Source: the human T2T-CHM13v2.0 reference genome, Homo sapiens
Assembly (NCBI RefSeq): GCF_009914755.1
Contig: NC_060931.1
Strand: one strand, 5' to 3'
DNA length: 64,000 bases
Made by a program: the position numbers and the translations under genes. The notes under the pieces were generated by a model, which had not been told where the DNA came from, did no database searches, and saw only the letters and a list, made by a program, of their open reading frames with translations. Below, piece after piece: positions 1-13,695 of the stretch. Each line of letters starts with the position of its first letter. Within the stretch, counting starts at the first letter, position 1.

Positions 1-710
1 GAAGTTTGTATTTGCCTTCTTAATGAACAGTCAGTTACTTAGACACTTTTCTAAGACAAAGAGAAATGTGACTTTGGGTTTATGACTCATGTCTCTGAAA
101 AGGATAAAATGGTCATACATAAATGAAATCAATACCTGTACCCCACCTCCACACACCCTTTTTCCTCTCTAACCTCTCCCCAACCCTGAAGACATTAGAT
201 ATTCAATTCTTGTTATTTCCAAGTTCCAATCCCAGCTGCCCTAGACAACTTTCTGATGCTGACTTGGATCTGCCTGTAGGGAGTACTGCTTTGTGGAAGG
301 GACTTTGAGTTTTGTGGTCCCCATACAGTCAATTCCCATGTTAGCCTAAGACAGCCAATGGCATTTGGTCTTCTGTGCCCATCTTGCGTGCTTGGCTAAT
401 GTGAGTTGTGTCTCAGAGACACAGCGACCCACCAGCCTTGACATAAATACATTTTATGCAGGCTCCAGGCCTGGCCTGACTGGGGCTGCTCCCCGAGGCA
501 GTGAAGGGCTCCCCAAGATCTCCTCACAGGCTTTTCGCTGTCCTGACAGCACTGCACTGCAGCCTGCAGCAGGAGTCGTGTTGCCACACAAGTTGTGAAG
601 GTGCATTCAGTGTCATTCTAATTGCCCAGCTGCAATGTGGAGAGGCTGCATTAAGGTAAAGACCCCGAATTGCATTAGGCTGCTGGGAATGGGACTTGAT
701 CTCTAGGAAA

Positions 711-830
711 GTGGTTCTCAACCTCGAACATGCGTCAGAGCCGTGGACACTGACGGCTGGGCTGCCCCAAGGTTCTGACTCAGTAATTCTGGGCTGGGGC
801 TTGAAATTTTGCATTTCCAACAAGTCCTGC
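711..830. mobile_element. MER5A-like hAT DNA transposon remnant
   Basis: gtggttctcaacct... start and ...ttctgactcagtaattctgggctggggcttgaaattttgcatttccaacaagt resemble MER5A consensus (recalled). Confidence 0.65.
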
Positions 831-844
831 CCTAACTGTTCTAG

Positions 845-886
845 GGATAATCCAGGGTTGATATTGGATAATCCAGGGTTGATATT
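845..886. repeat. Perfect 21-bp tandem duplication
   Basis: GGATAATCCAGGGTTGATATT twice, head to tail. Confidence 0.95.
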
Positions 887-1639
887 GCATCATCAAGGAA
901 TTTGTTTCATTGCAAGGCCAGTAAGTATCACCAGTTTGTAAGCAGCTTACTATTTCTGTATCATCTCATATTTCAGGCATGAGAGCGGAGGCGCCTCTGC
1001 CTGGTGAGCTGAACAAAAGTGGATCCACTTCTATCTGGACAAAGGCCCACTGCCAGCTTCACCTTCAGATTTTACACATCCTCTTCCTCAACTTTAGAGT
1101 GACAACAAATGTAGTTCACACATATGAACCAGTGAGTGAACGTGTGCAATGAAAATGCGCTTACATTTAAAAATCAAATTGCAGCAGGCCTTTCTGAGCT
1201 GGGCAGACCCTGTGCTGGGTCTACGACAGCACATCCCCCTCAGACGTGGCCCGCACGCCGCACATAGCCCAGCGAGGGGCGTTCTGCAGAAACGTCAGCG
1301 AGCTCATGGCTAACGTGCTCAGAATAGACACTGCCAGCTAACTTCCAGTCACCTGGCTATGACACACTCAAGCCTGTGAGAGTGAACCGGGTTTGTAAAA
1401 ACCAGGACTAGTCAAAGCCCATTATTAAGTTTTACACTTTGCTCCCTGGCCTAAGGGAGTAGAAATCCAAGCTTGAAGGGAAAGGAGGGGTCTGATTTGG
1501 TGAACAGAGATATGAGGCTGAGGCTTCTGAGCACGTGGGTTTGGGGTAGGGGTGGGGCGTGGGGGTACTGAAGATCAAGAAGAGGCTGAGGACACTCAAG
1601 GGAGAAACCCGGGCTCTAGAGCCAGCCCCCGTGGGACAG

Positions 1640-1715
1640 GCCCTGGCTCTGTGTGATCTTGGGCAAGTCTTAGCCTTTCTGTGCCTCAGTTGCTTACTGT
1701 AGAATGCGGTAACTA
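1640..1715 (+). mobile_element. MIR fragment
   Basis: tgtgatcttgggcaagtcttagcctttctgtgcctcagtt...tgtagaatg matches the MIR core. Confidence 0.65.
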
Positions 1716-1718
1716 CTG

Positions 1719-2087
1719 CTGTTATGGGCAGGGTTATGTCCCCCCAAATTTATAGTTGAAGCTCTAACCCCCCAGTGTCACTATACCTGGAGATGGGGAC
1801 TCTAAGGAGGTGATTAAGGTTAAATGAGGTCAGAAGGGTGGGACCCTAACCCAATAAGACTGTGGCCCTAGAAGAAGATGAGAAGCTCTCTCTGTCTGTC
1901 TCTCTGTTTCTCTCTCTGTCTCTCTTTCTCTCTCTGTGATATAAAGGTGGCCATTGGAAAACCAGGAAGAGAGGCCTCAGGAGAAACTAACCCTGTTGAT
2001 CTTGGATTTGGACTTGGACTTGATCTCAGACTTCCAGGGTCCAGAACTGTGAAGAAATAAATGATTGTTAAAGCCACCTCGTCTGTG
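1719..2087 (+). mobile_element. MLT1A/B-type MaLR solo LTR with internal CT microsatellite
   Basis: tgttatggg...gttgaagctctaaccccc...gaggtgattaaggttaaatgaggtc...agacttccag...ccagaactgtgaagaaataaa; typical MLT1 layout. Confidence 0.8.
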
Positions 2088-2239
2088 ACAATCACCCCCC
2101 TCCCCGCAGCGATTTGGTGAACTGGAACTGCACATACACAACACCCCTTCTTCTTCCAACTCTCCTTCTCTGTGCATTCTTTCACTCCCACCCCACTCCC
2201 ACCCCCAAATCTTCATAGAAACATCTGGAGAATGTGCTC

Positions 2240-2560
2240 AAATCTCAAACCCCGGGGCGGGACCCTGCACTACCAAGCGCGGCCACTGAGCGGCACTCAC
2301 ACCCGGCGGCGCGCGCTGGTTCTCCCGCTCCGGCCGCGGGACTGGTGCGCACCTGGGACGCGGCCAGAGAGGCTGAACCCCTAACGTTTTATTCTGATGA
2401 ATTTAGATTGAAAGATGGAAGCTATGTACGTTATTTTTCCTTTAAATGGACCTTCATGGTTCCACTAGGGCGACATGTTGCTGCAATGGCTAATCATTCA
2501 GCCTCCGAAGGAGACGTGCGGCGACTGAAACGCACGCCAGATTTTGAAGACCGTAGGAAA
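2240..2560. promoter_or_regulatory. Small CpG-dense segment (possible orphan CpG island or regulatory element)
   Basis: cccggcggcgcgcgctggttctcccgctccggccgcggg and a GC box (ggggcggg) in otherwise CpG-poor DNA. Confidence 0.4.
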
Positions 2561-2725
2561 AAAAAAAAGCGAGCCAGTCATTGAGACTTTTTAAATTGAT
2601 TACATGTGGAAATGCTAATGTTCCAGCGGGACTGGATTAAACAGGACATTATTAACATGCATTCCACCTGTTTCTGGTTACTTTTTAAATTTGGCTAAAT
2701 GGGCATTTTACATTACAGGTGTGTG
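2560..2725. mobile_element. MER3/MER33-like hAT-Charlie remnant
   Basis: attgattacatgtggaaatgctaatgtt...attattaacatgcattccacctgtttctggttactttttaaatttggcta resembles the MER3/33 consensus. Confidence 0.65.
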
Positions 2726-3005
2726 GGGGTGGGGGCTGACCTGTGGCCTCGGCTTCTGGCCCTGGGCCTTCCCTTCCTCCCACTTGCCACGGGGGCCGGG
2801 TCCGGGAGCAGAGCTCTGCAGTTAGGGCTGCTGAGAGGCGCAGGTGCAGAGGACGGGTGGGTGCCCAGGCCCAGGGCACAGGGTCAGGGGTCGGAAACCT
2901 GCCAGTCTTTAAAACTACATTTCACAGAGGATCCATCCCGGCCGTCTATACATAGGGTGGGTCCTCCGTCAATCCATCCAGCACCCACTGAGTTCACCCC
3001 ATCTA

Positions 3006-3344
<339 letters not shown>

Positions 3345-4370
3345 TCACCCAGTGCTTGGCAGTCACCATACAGCCAAGACCCACCCATCATTCAAGTCCA
3401 CCCCAGGCTGGCTTCATTATTTTTGGGGAGGACGGGACCTTCATTTGACTTGCTATTTACCATTGATTAGGGCCTAGACTTTGTGAAGTTACATGTTAAT
3501 TTGTAGATATTTTGTCAGTAGAGATGCAAATGATTTCAGTCTGGTGGAGAATGAAATCACTGAAACTACTGGCCCCCAAGGCCGTGGTTTTAGTTTGCGG
3601 TAGGATATTGATCACTTTGGCCTCTAACTTAGCAGACTTCCTTTACAGGGGCTGTGTTGGCTGATGAAACAAAACTCTGTCAGCCACTCTTTGAACCAGT
3701 TGTACAATTTTGCCCTTTCCCAGTCTGGGCTAAGCAAATCTCTGACGTGTTCATTCCAGATTTGTATGAGAGTCTTATATTTAACTGTTAAGTTTATAAG
3801 GTTTACTCAAGTAGTTAACTGAATCAGGAGAGAAATTTGAGATGAGGTTGAGGTTAACCCCTGGGGAAATGATGTCCACAGCACCACAGGGAATGGTTAC
3901 CCTAAGCCAGGGGCGTGCACGTGGGGAGGGAGGAAAACTGGAAAGACTCTTTCATCCAGAAAGATGAAGGCTGAGAGGGGAGGCAGGTGGCATTTGTGAT
4001 TCCATAGACAGCGTCAAAGAGAGGAACCTAAGCTTGTTGCCAAACCTGAGAAGTAGAAACCTCTTTCAGGTGAAAAGAGGCTGTGTGAGAGGAGAAAGGA
4101 AGGGAGTCTCTGCTTCAATGGTGTCAGAAGTGGAGGAATCTTTGACAGATGCTGGAGTCAGTCTGTGTCCCGTGTCTTTGAGGAACTAGCCCCGTGAGAC
4201 ACAGCCCCTGACCTCAGGGAGCAAGCAACCTAGCGGTGTCCACAAAAGCAACACCTGAAGATTAAATAATACAAAATACATTTCAGGAAATACGTAGAAC
4301 ATTTCAAGCCACTGGTGCAGACAGTGGGAGCTCAGAAATCAGAGGAGGAGGTGCCAGTGGGACTGGGGTC

Positions 4371-4748
4371 TGTTATGTTGTACAGCAAAACGCAATGAAG
4401 TTAAGGACCTCGAGAGGAGTTGCTGATCCTGGGCTATCCAATGGAGTCCTAGGTACAGTCACATGTGTCCCCATAAGATGGGCAGAGGGAAATCAGAAGC
4501 ACCACAGAGGACAGACAAGGGTCTTGAAGACAGAGGCAGAGACTGGGGGATGCAGCCACAAACCAAGGAATCTCAGCAGCCACCAGGAGACAAAGATAGA
4601 TTCTCTCCAGGGCCTCTGGAGGGAGTGGGACCTGCTGGCACCTTGATTCCAGACCTCGGGACTGCAGAGCAGCAAGAGGAGACATTTCTGTTATTCTCAG
4701 CCACCTGGTTTGTGGTGATTTGTTACAGCCACCCCAGGATGCGAATAC
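4371..4748 (+). mobile_element. MLT1C/D-type MaLR LTR
   Basis: gaagacagaggcagagactgg...gcagccacaaaccaaggaa...gattctctccagggcctctggagggagt...gtttgtggtgatttgttacagc. Confidence 0.8.
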
Positions 4749-6437
4749 CTTCCCTCACATGCCTAAGCTGAGACGGTTGGAACCACAGGGCAACTGGACA
4801 CACACCCCGACTCTCTGCGCTGCACTTGGGCTGCCTCCCAGCATGGCAGTCCCAATGGTCAGACTTCACAAAGGTGCTAGCCTCCAAGAGGACAGTTCCC
4901 AGGATGGGGAAGCAAGAGCCCCAGGCATTTGAAGAGGAAGTTACCCAGCCTCATCCCTCCCACCCCTGAGCAAGCTTCAGGGCCAGCCCGGCACTAGCGG
5001 AGGGGAAGGAGCCCATTCTCCCCATGAGAAGACTACAAAGCACCCACCCAGATGGGGTATGTGGGGCTGCTCCTCTGAGCACTGACCCCCGGCTTCCAAC
5101 CACAGACCATCCTCAGAGCTCAGCGGGTCCCTTCTCCACATCCTCAACCCTACAGCCTAGAGTTTTCAGTGCCCAGGACCCTTTCAGAACAGGAATGTGT
5201 GGAACAAGCTCTAAATCTAGAGTGTAACTTAACACATACATAAAATTGCTTTCTTTCAGGTTTATTTTTAAGAAGCAAATGTTATTAATTTCCAGAGAAG
5301 GAAATGAAAGAAGATGCTGCAATGATAGTGTCTGCAGAACAGCTTCAAAATCACACAAAGAGACAGACTCATGAAGGTGATATTGCAAAACCAGCATGGC
5401 ATGGGGGCAGACACTGTGCTGTGGAGGGGACAGTGTGGAAGCCACATTCCCTGTTTCCTTCTATCCTCCTCCCACTCTCTTGAGTTGAATCACCCTCTAG
5501 TGGGGCCTGGGCCTGCTTGTTCACCCAACGTCTGATGCACGGTTCATTGTTACTCCTTCTTTTAACTGCATCATCCTTTACTTATAAAGAATTTGGAGAG
5601 GCAAATAAGGTCGTATTAAAACCAGTTGGAGCATGATATATAATGCATGGTATAGCCAACAAGCAACAGTGAATCCTTTGAACACACTTTCTCCAGTGTG
5701 CATCTGGTAAGGAGGCTAAGTTCTTAGTGGGATAGCGCTATTATTAATCAGAAAGTTTGAAGGTGCTTTTTGAGAATTAACCCCAGAGCTACAGAGTTAT
5801 GCATCATTATCAGTATACCAGCCTATACTTTGTTCAGTGCTTTACAATTTAATAAGTGCCTGATTTCTTTCTCAGCACTATGTGAGGAAGGTGTTACCAT
5901 TGGTTAAGGATGCAACAGCCAAGGTTGAAGGAGACTAACTGCTTCGCCGTCTGCTTATTCTCAGCTGTAAACAGCTTGCAGGAGGACAATCTGCATTGTT
6001 CGCAGAGAAGCAAATATGACCCAGAGGTCAGAGTCGCAAGAGCCCAGCAATTTGTCTTTGCTCCTTAATCCACTCTGTGCCATCCAGGGAGAGATAGTAA
6101 CACTGATTTCTGAATAGTGCTTTGTGTGTTACACAGCGGCTTCATATCCAGCGCCTCCCCCACCTCCTCCGCCCTCACTAGGGGTGGATTGCCCCTGAGC
6201 AGGGTCTGAGGGGCAATGGATCGGGGTGCTGCAGGGGCTGAAAGCTGCAACTTTGCAGGATGTTTGTGTAGTCATGACAGCCTCGCGGAAAGCCTTGGGA
6301 GCATGGGGCGTCCTAATCATCCTGACAACTCCGGGTGGAGGGTACACCGCCGTGCTCCATGCCATCGGGACAGAGCTGGGATATGCAGGCCATGGCGAAC
6401 AAGCACACAGCACAAACCTGTGCCGCACTGTCCAGGT

Positions 6438-6663
6438 CAGTGCTTCTCATCCAGAGAGGCTTCATCCCCCTGGACAAGCTTGGCCATGTCTGGGGACAGT
6501 TTGGATTGTCCCAGCTGGGGAGGGGTGTGGAGGGTGCTGCTGGCATCAGTGAATGAACGGAGACCGGGGATGTTACTAAACATCCTACAAGGCACAGGGC
6601 AGCCCCTGCCACAGAGAATCACCAGGCCCAAAGTGTCAATGAGGCAGAGGTTGAGGAAGCCTG
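6438..6663. mobile_element. MER20 DNA transposon
   Basis: cagtgcttctca...ttggccatgtctggggacagtttggattgtc...tgctgctggcatc...gatgttactaaacatcctacaaggcacagggcagcccc...gaggttgaggaagcctg. Confidence 0.85.
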
Positions 6664-6999
6664 GCATAGGGGTTTTACCTGTTATGAACATGTTAATCCA
6701 CCGGCTGATGTGAAACAGATGCCAGGATCAGTCCCCACTTTGCAATTGAAAACAGAAAAAGCAGGGGTCTCAGTCCTTGTATGAAACAAGGTAGTTTTTC
6801 AGCCAAACAAAAAACATTAAATGAAATAAAGTCAAGGTACTTTGAATCATTTTGCCTCATAATTTATAAAAAAAATTAGCAGTAATGAATATCAACAGAC
6901 TAAGTATTGTAAAAGAGGCTTTCAAAAAGCAGAAATTACAGAGAAGACAAAGAAAATAGGCAAAAACACATGGCTTATAGGAGATTTTGTTCATTTCTT

Positions 7000-8890
7000 T
7001 TGCTTTGTGTTACCCTCTTCCCATGGTCCTGCCTTCCTTGGGTTATTTGAATATATTTTTTATTCCATTTTAAATAATCCATTGTCCTTTCTGGCTATAT
7101 CTTTTTGTATCAGTTTATTAGTAGTTTCTCTAGGGATTACAATACATATATTTAACATTTTATAGTCCACTTAGAGTTCATATCTTACCATTTCAAGTAT
7201 ATTATAGAAGGCTTATGACTCTATTGGTTCATTTATCCTCCTCTCCTTATGTTATAATTGTCATATGTACCACATCTCAGTAATAATTATACCCAGAAAA
7301 TGTTACAATATTTGCTTTCAACAGTCATATACATTTTAAATAATTTAAAAAGAGAAAAAGAATTCATTATATTTACCAGATATTTATCACTTCTGTTGCT
7401 CTAATGCCATTCCTGAAGTTCCAAGTGTTCCTCCAGATCATCTTCCTTTTTCCTGAAGAACTTGGCTAAGCATTTCTTTTATAGGTCTGTTAGTGACAAA
7501 TTCTCTTACTTTCTCTTAATCTGAGTATGTCCTTATTTCACTGTCATTTCTAAGATATTTTTGCTGGATATAGAATTCTGGGTTGACAATTATTTTCTTT
7601 CAGTAATTTATAGATGTTGTTCCACCATCTTCCTGCTTCCTATTTTCTGATGAGAAATTTGCAGTTATCCAAAGTACTCTTCTCTGATACATAGTATACT
7701 GTTTTTATCTGGTTGCTTTTAATTGTCTTTCCTTTACCTTTGATTTTCATTTACAATGCATTTTTTTTAAGTTTATCTTGTTTAGAGTTTGTTAACCTTC
7801 TTGAACCTATATATATATACGTTTTTCATCAAGTCTGGGAAGTTTACAACCATTATTTCTTCAATATTTTTCTGCACCAGTGTCCTCCTCCTCTTCTTCT
7901 GAGACTCCAATAATAAGAGTATTAGACTTTTTGATATTGTCTCACAGGTGCTTGAGGCTCTGTTTTTGTTTCATTTTTTTTTCTCTCAATCTTCAGGCTG
8001 TGTAATTCCTATTGATTAATCTTCAAGTTCACTGACAATTTCCAGGATATCTCCCACAATTTTTGGCATTCAGGGCTCTCCTTTCCTGGTTCTTCTGGAC
8101 AGAAAGATAGTGTTATCTCCAAGATTTAGCTTCCCGCACTGCCATGCAGCTCTGCGTGACTAGGACTACCTTAGGAATAAATTGGTAAAAGAAAAGACAA
8201 AAAAATTAACAGGGATTATCCCCCCATTTTTAAAACAGCTGGAGCTCTTTTTCCAGTTTTCTTCTGTCCAGAAAATCAGGTTTTTCTTAGCTTTTTAATT
8301 CTTTGTGCTATTGTATAGTTCCACATGACTGGGGCCATCTTTGGAGCCAAGTGGCAACAGTAAAGAGGAAGAAATAAACAGGGATTCACCCCACTCCATT
8401 TCCAGTTCCTCTGGTTGGAGAGTTGGGTCTTTCATCAAAGTTTCAGGGCTTCCAGCACCAGGACCAGCAGCATAGTGGTGCAGCTCCACAGCTGGAGCTG
8501 GCCTTGGGTCAGGGTCAAGAGAGGAAAGAAAAAGAATAGTGAAAATTTCTCCCACACTCCCTGGCACGCAGGGGTCCCTTTTCCTGGTCCTTTGGCTGGA
8601 AAGAGAGGTTTTATCCCAGATTTTTGTCTTCTGGGCCCACTGCACAGTTCTGAGATTCAACCCACCCTCAGGTCAGAGCTAAGAGACAAAGAAAGAGGAA
8701 CAAGGCAAAACTCACCCCCATTTGGGGTCATTATCAAGTTTTGACATCAGTTGCCCATCCTTTTGTCGTTACTTACTTTTTAGAGGGCTCAGGGAGTTGT
8801 TCTTTATGTTCCTCCCAGAGTTTTCAGCGTTCCCAGTGGGACGGTAGACGGAAGTGCACGTATTCCACCTTGGCTGGTACCAGTGGTCAC
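7000..8890 (-). mobile_element. Ancient L1 (L1M-type) 5' region: ORF1 area plus degenerate 5'UTR repeats
   Basis: T-rich antisense L1 sequence (ttttgctggatatagaattctgggttgaca, tctgatgagaaattt, ttcaagttcactgac) followed by recurring ~170-250 bp units. Confidence 0.7.
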
Positions 8891-8959
8891 TTATAGAAAA
8901 TGCAAATTCTCTCAGCCCAGGTTGGAGCAAATGTACAAAAGAAAGTAATGATATAAAAG

Positions 8960-9320
8960 ACCAAAATGACATGATCAATTTAGTATACCTGAGGGATATC
9001 TACTAAACTTTAAATCCTAAAAATATAGACTATATTGTCTTTCCAAGTGACCATGGGACACTTCCAAAATTAACTAATAAACCACACAAATAACTTCAAT
9101 TAGTTCTAAAGAGGAGAGATAATGCAGAAAACATTTTCTAATCACAATGCAATGAAACTAGAAATTGATAAGAAAGTCACAAAACCAAAAAGGCCTTGAC
9201 CTAGAAATCGTATGATTCCTTATTAACCAACTTTTGAGTCAGAGGGAAATACAAAGTGAATTATAGAATTTCAGGGAAACAACAATAGTGAAAACATTAA
9301 ATGTTAGAGTTGAGAATATA
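8960..9320 (+). mobile_element. Ancient L1 ORF2 (endonuclease region) fragment
   Basis: ttccaagtgaccatgggacacttccaaaattaac...ttttctaatcacaatgcaatgaaactagaaatt resembles L1 EN coding sequence. Confidence 0.7.
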
Positions 9321-9477
9321 AATACAGTAGTTGATAGACTTAAATATCCATATCAGGTATAGATATTTAACAACACTGCACTCCTTACTTCCTGTCCTAG
9401 GTCTGACTTCCACGGTCTTGCTGGACACAGACCCTTTGTGGACATTTGACAATGTCTGGAGACATTGGAGTGACATC

Positions 9478-9631
9478 TTGTTATTGCATACTTAATAGAC
9501 TACAGTATAGTATAAACATAAATTTATATGCACTGGGAAACCAAAAATTTTATGTGACTCACTGTATTGCCGTATTCACTTTATTGAGGTGGTCTAGAAC
9601 CCAACCCACAATATCTCCAAGGCCAGCCTGT
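9478..9631 (+). mobile_element. Tigger1 3' end
   Basis: ttattgcatacttaatagactacagtatagt...gcactgggaaaccaaaaatt...caatatctccaaggccagcctgta (TIR end followed by TA). Confidence 0.85.
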
Positions 9632-10599
9632 ATGTGATCTCATTTACTCTTTATAAAGACATCTGGCGACGAAAAATCTCAGAACTCTTTCACAGATAAG
9701 AAAACTTAGGCTAAGACAGATGTAGGGAGAAGAGTGAAAATCCCCAAACCACCTTCCCCATTTTTTCCTTCCCCAGGGCTCACCCCAAATCACTCAGTGC
9801 TGTGTCACGTGTCATCCGGACGTTTTTCCTTGAGTGACAGGCATGACTACGCAGGAAGGCAGAGGATCGCTGTGGGCCGGAGGCCTGACCCACCCTCAGA
9901 AATGGTGGCCAAGCCCCTCAGGGCCACTTCGTACAGCAACCCTGTCACCATGCTCACCGGAAACTGGTCTGATCAGTCCTAGTGACAGCAGAGCAGGAAG
10001 AGAGCTGGAGGTTCATCAGGAGTCACCCAACACGTCACAGACCGGGACATGGAAGCCAAGAGAGGTGTGGTTATCCTCATCACAGTTGACGATGATCCTC
10101 AGTGCTGGCCACCAGGATCAAACTAGCCACCATTGCCTGAGTTCTGCGTGCAGCTGGTCTGCAGCGCTGCCCCACATGGGACCCTCTCCTTGAGGGGCAC
10201 ATGACCTTGGGCAGAGCAGCTCTCTTGCGATGAGGCGATGAGGGCCTCAGCCCGAGGCGGATATGGGCCCCACACCCCAGTGTTCACCACAGCCACCAGG
10301 ATGCTCACTTTAACCCGGCGGTCACTGAATTGAACAAGGCACAGGTGACCCCTCTTTGCGAGTGACCTCCAATCCAAGCATCCTGCAGCTGACCCAAGTC
10401 CTCACCCTGGAACTCTTCCATAAGTGTCGGATAACTCTTATTGCTGACTGGTTTTAGCTCAAGACCCTTTGAGTTTTAGGACCTTCCACAAAACACTTTG
10501 CAAATATAGCTCGTGAGCATTGAAAAACAGCCCCTTCCCCCACCAATCCCACGATAAGGGAGCTGAGAGTCAGATCTCATCTCAACCAAGGCTGTGCTC

Positions 10600-10730
10600 T
10601 GAATCACCCAGGAAATTCCCCACTGACATTCACATGCAATAGATGGGGGTGGTGGAGGCGTCTGTGTGTGTTGTTTTTAAGCATCTCAAGTTGATTAATG
10701 TATAGCCAGGTTGGGAATTACTGCTCTAGT
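10600..10730. mobile_element. MER5-like remnant
   Basis: gaatcacccagg...tttttaagcatctcaagttgattaatgtatagccaggttgggaattactgctcta. Confidence 0.5.
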
Positions 10731-11755
10731 GGAAAACTTACTAGGCATAGAAGCAGAAAACGAGGATGTGTGGAAACCTGAGGGAGCAGGACAGCTTCCT
10801 TAGCCTAAGTGTCTTTATCCATCAAGCATAGTTGATAGAACAAAGCAGGTTCACAGACACACTCCAGGATGCTGGAGGCTGGGTACGGGCCCACCCCTTA
10901 AAGACAGCGCAGTGCCAACTTTTCCCAATTCACAGCAGGGGAAGTTAGTGGATAGAATTGCCCAATTTTAACTTTTGGTTCCTTTTCTCTCATAATCTTT
11001 TCTTGGCCTTGACATCTTCTAAAACTCCTCTTTCTAAGCCAATGACCAACAACACTGCCATTGTCCCAGTGAAGGCTGCCTTTCCCATGGCTGAGAAGCC
11101 AGGCGAGCCAGAGGCATGGGTTCTTTGCTCCCTGATCTCAGGGCTGGTGCAGGCTCTGCACGGCAAGGTGCTGACAAGGCCTGGCAAACAGGTGCTCAGT
11201 GCCTTTCCGGCTGGAATCTTATGCTTTGTCAGGTGAGTGCTCAGCAAAAAGTGAAGCAAATTGGGTCCCCGCCATTCTGTGCCAGTGATGTAGTTTTCAG
11301 ACGTTGACCTTCCGGGTCTGTGCTGATGACCCCTCATGGTGATCATGAACTTCTCCCTAGACCTCCGTGTGAGGACCCTCTGGAAATCTCTCACCACACC
11401 TTTCAACTTTAGCCCATCACTGAAATGATCACATACTGCTTATGAAGACGTTGGGACTTGGAGATGCGTTGATGTGCACATAGCCCAACTTCAAATTCAG
11501 GCTATAGCATCCCTGGAGGTAAATATTGATTTGGCATTTCAGTTCTATCAATATTTACCTCTTAAGTCAATAAAGCTTGATGTTTATCTCAACTGACATT
11601 GATATCTGCTTAAAGTGTATTTCTCACTTCCTTCCCTTCTTCAAATAGCTGGAGAAGAGCTTGTGTTGGGCAGGTCAGAGGGAATGGCCGATGGACCCGC
11701 TGGTATGGAATGAGTCCTGAGACTCTCATTTCCTCTCTGGGCCTCAGTATCCCAG

Positions 11756-12661
<906 letters not shown>

Positions 12662-13273
12662 CTAGGTTGTTTCGGAGACCACTTCGCTGCTGACATCTCA
12701 TGGCTCCGCTGTTGCATATTCAGAAGGACAGAGCAGGCGGGCGGCCTCAGGTTTGCAAGTGGCAAAACCTGAAAAATAAAACACTGTTTTTTATTCTGAT
12801 TGACTTTTTAAAAAGTGCTGATTTCAGCTGGTACTGCTTGGAAGCAAATTTCTGGGGAAAGTAAAGTCATAAAAACAATCAGACAGCCTTAAAACTGGGA
12901 CCATGAAGATGGGGTCCCATCAAAGAATCCTGGCTCCTATGGTTGAGGCTCAGCGGAGGGAGCAGTAAGTTCCCTGCAACGTCTCCAAGCCTACAGCCCG
13001 AGGCCTCTCGGACCCGACACCCTGGCGGACAGCTGCAGAGGGGCAGCCCCACCACGCCTGCCTTGCTCAGAGGCACCCCGGGACCAGCATCAGCTAGCAG
13101 AGCTGGGAGGTCACTCAGGCCAAATGCTGGCAATTTCATGGAGAACCCACAGTGACAGAACTTCCACAGAGGACTGTCCTTGAGATGGTAAAATCAGTGA
13201 AATGGAGTCAGTAAAACCGAGCACACGAGGCCTGGTGCCTGGGAGTGGGAGGAGCCCAGGCAGCCTTCACCAG

Positions 13274-13695
13274 TGTGTTGGTTCATTCTAACGTGTCAAC
13301 TCGACTGGGCCACAGGATGCCCAGATATTTGGTTAAACATTATTCTGGGTGTGTCTGGATGAGATTAGCATTTGAATCGGTGGATTGAGCAAAGCAGGTG
13401 GTCCTCCCTGTATGGCTGGGCCTCTTCCAAGCAGCTGGGGGCCTGAAAAGAACAAAAAGCACTGGTCAGGGAGAAGGCCCTCTCTGCCCGTTTTCAAGCC
13501 GGGCTGGCAGTCTTCTGCACTCAGACTGGAACTTACGCTAGTGGTTCGCCCAGGCCTCCAGCTTGCCAACTGCTGATTTTTGGACTTGTCAGCCTCCACC
13601 TCCATAGCAGCATGAAAAATTCCTCATCATCAATCTCTCTATGCATATATCCTATATATCCTTTTGGTTTTATTTCTCTGGGGACCCCTAGCACA
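13274..13695 (+). mobile_element. MLT2 (ERVL) solo LTR
   Basis: tgtgttggttcattctaacgtgtcaactcgactgggccac...cccagatatttggttaaacattattctgggtgtgtct...ttttggttttatttctctgg. Confidence 0.85.
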
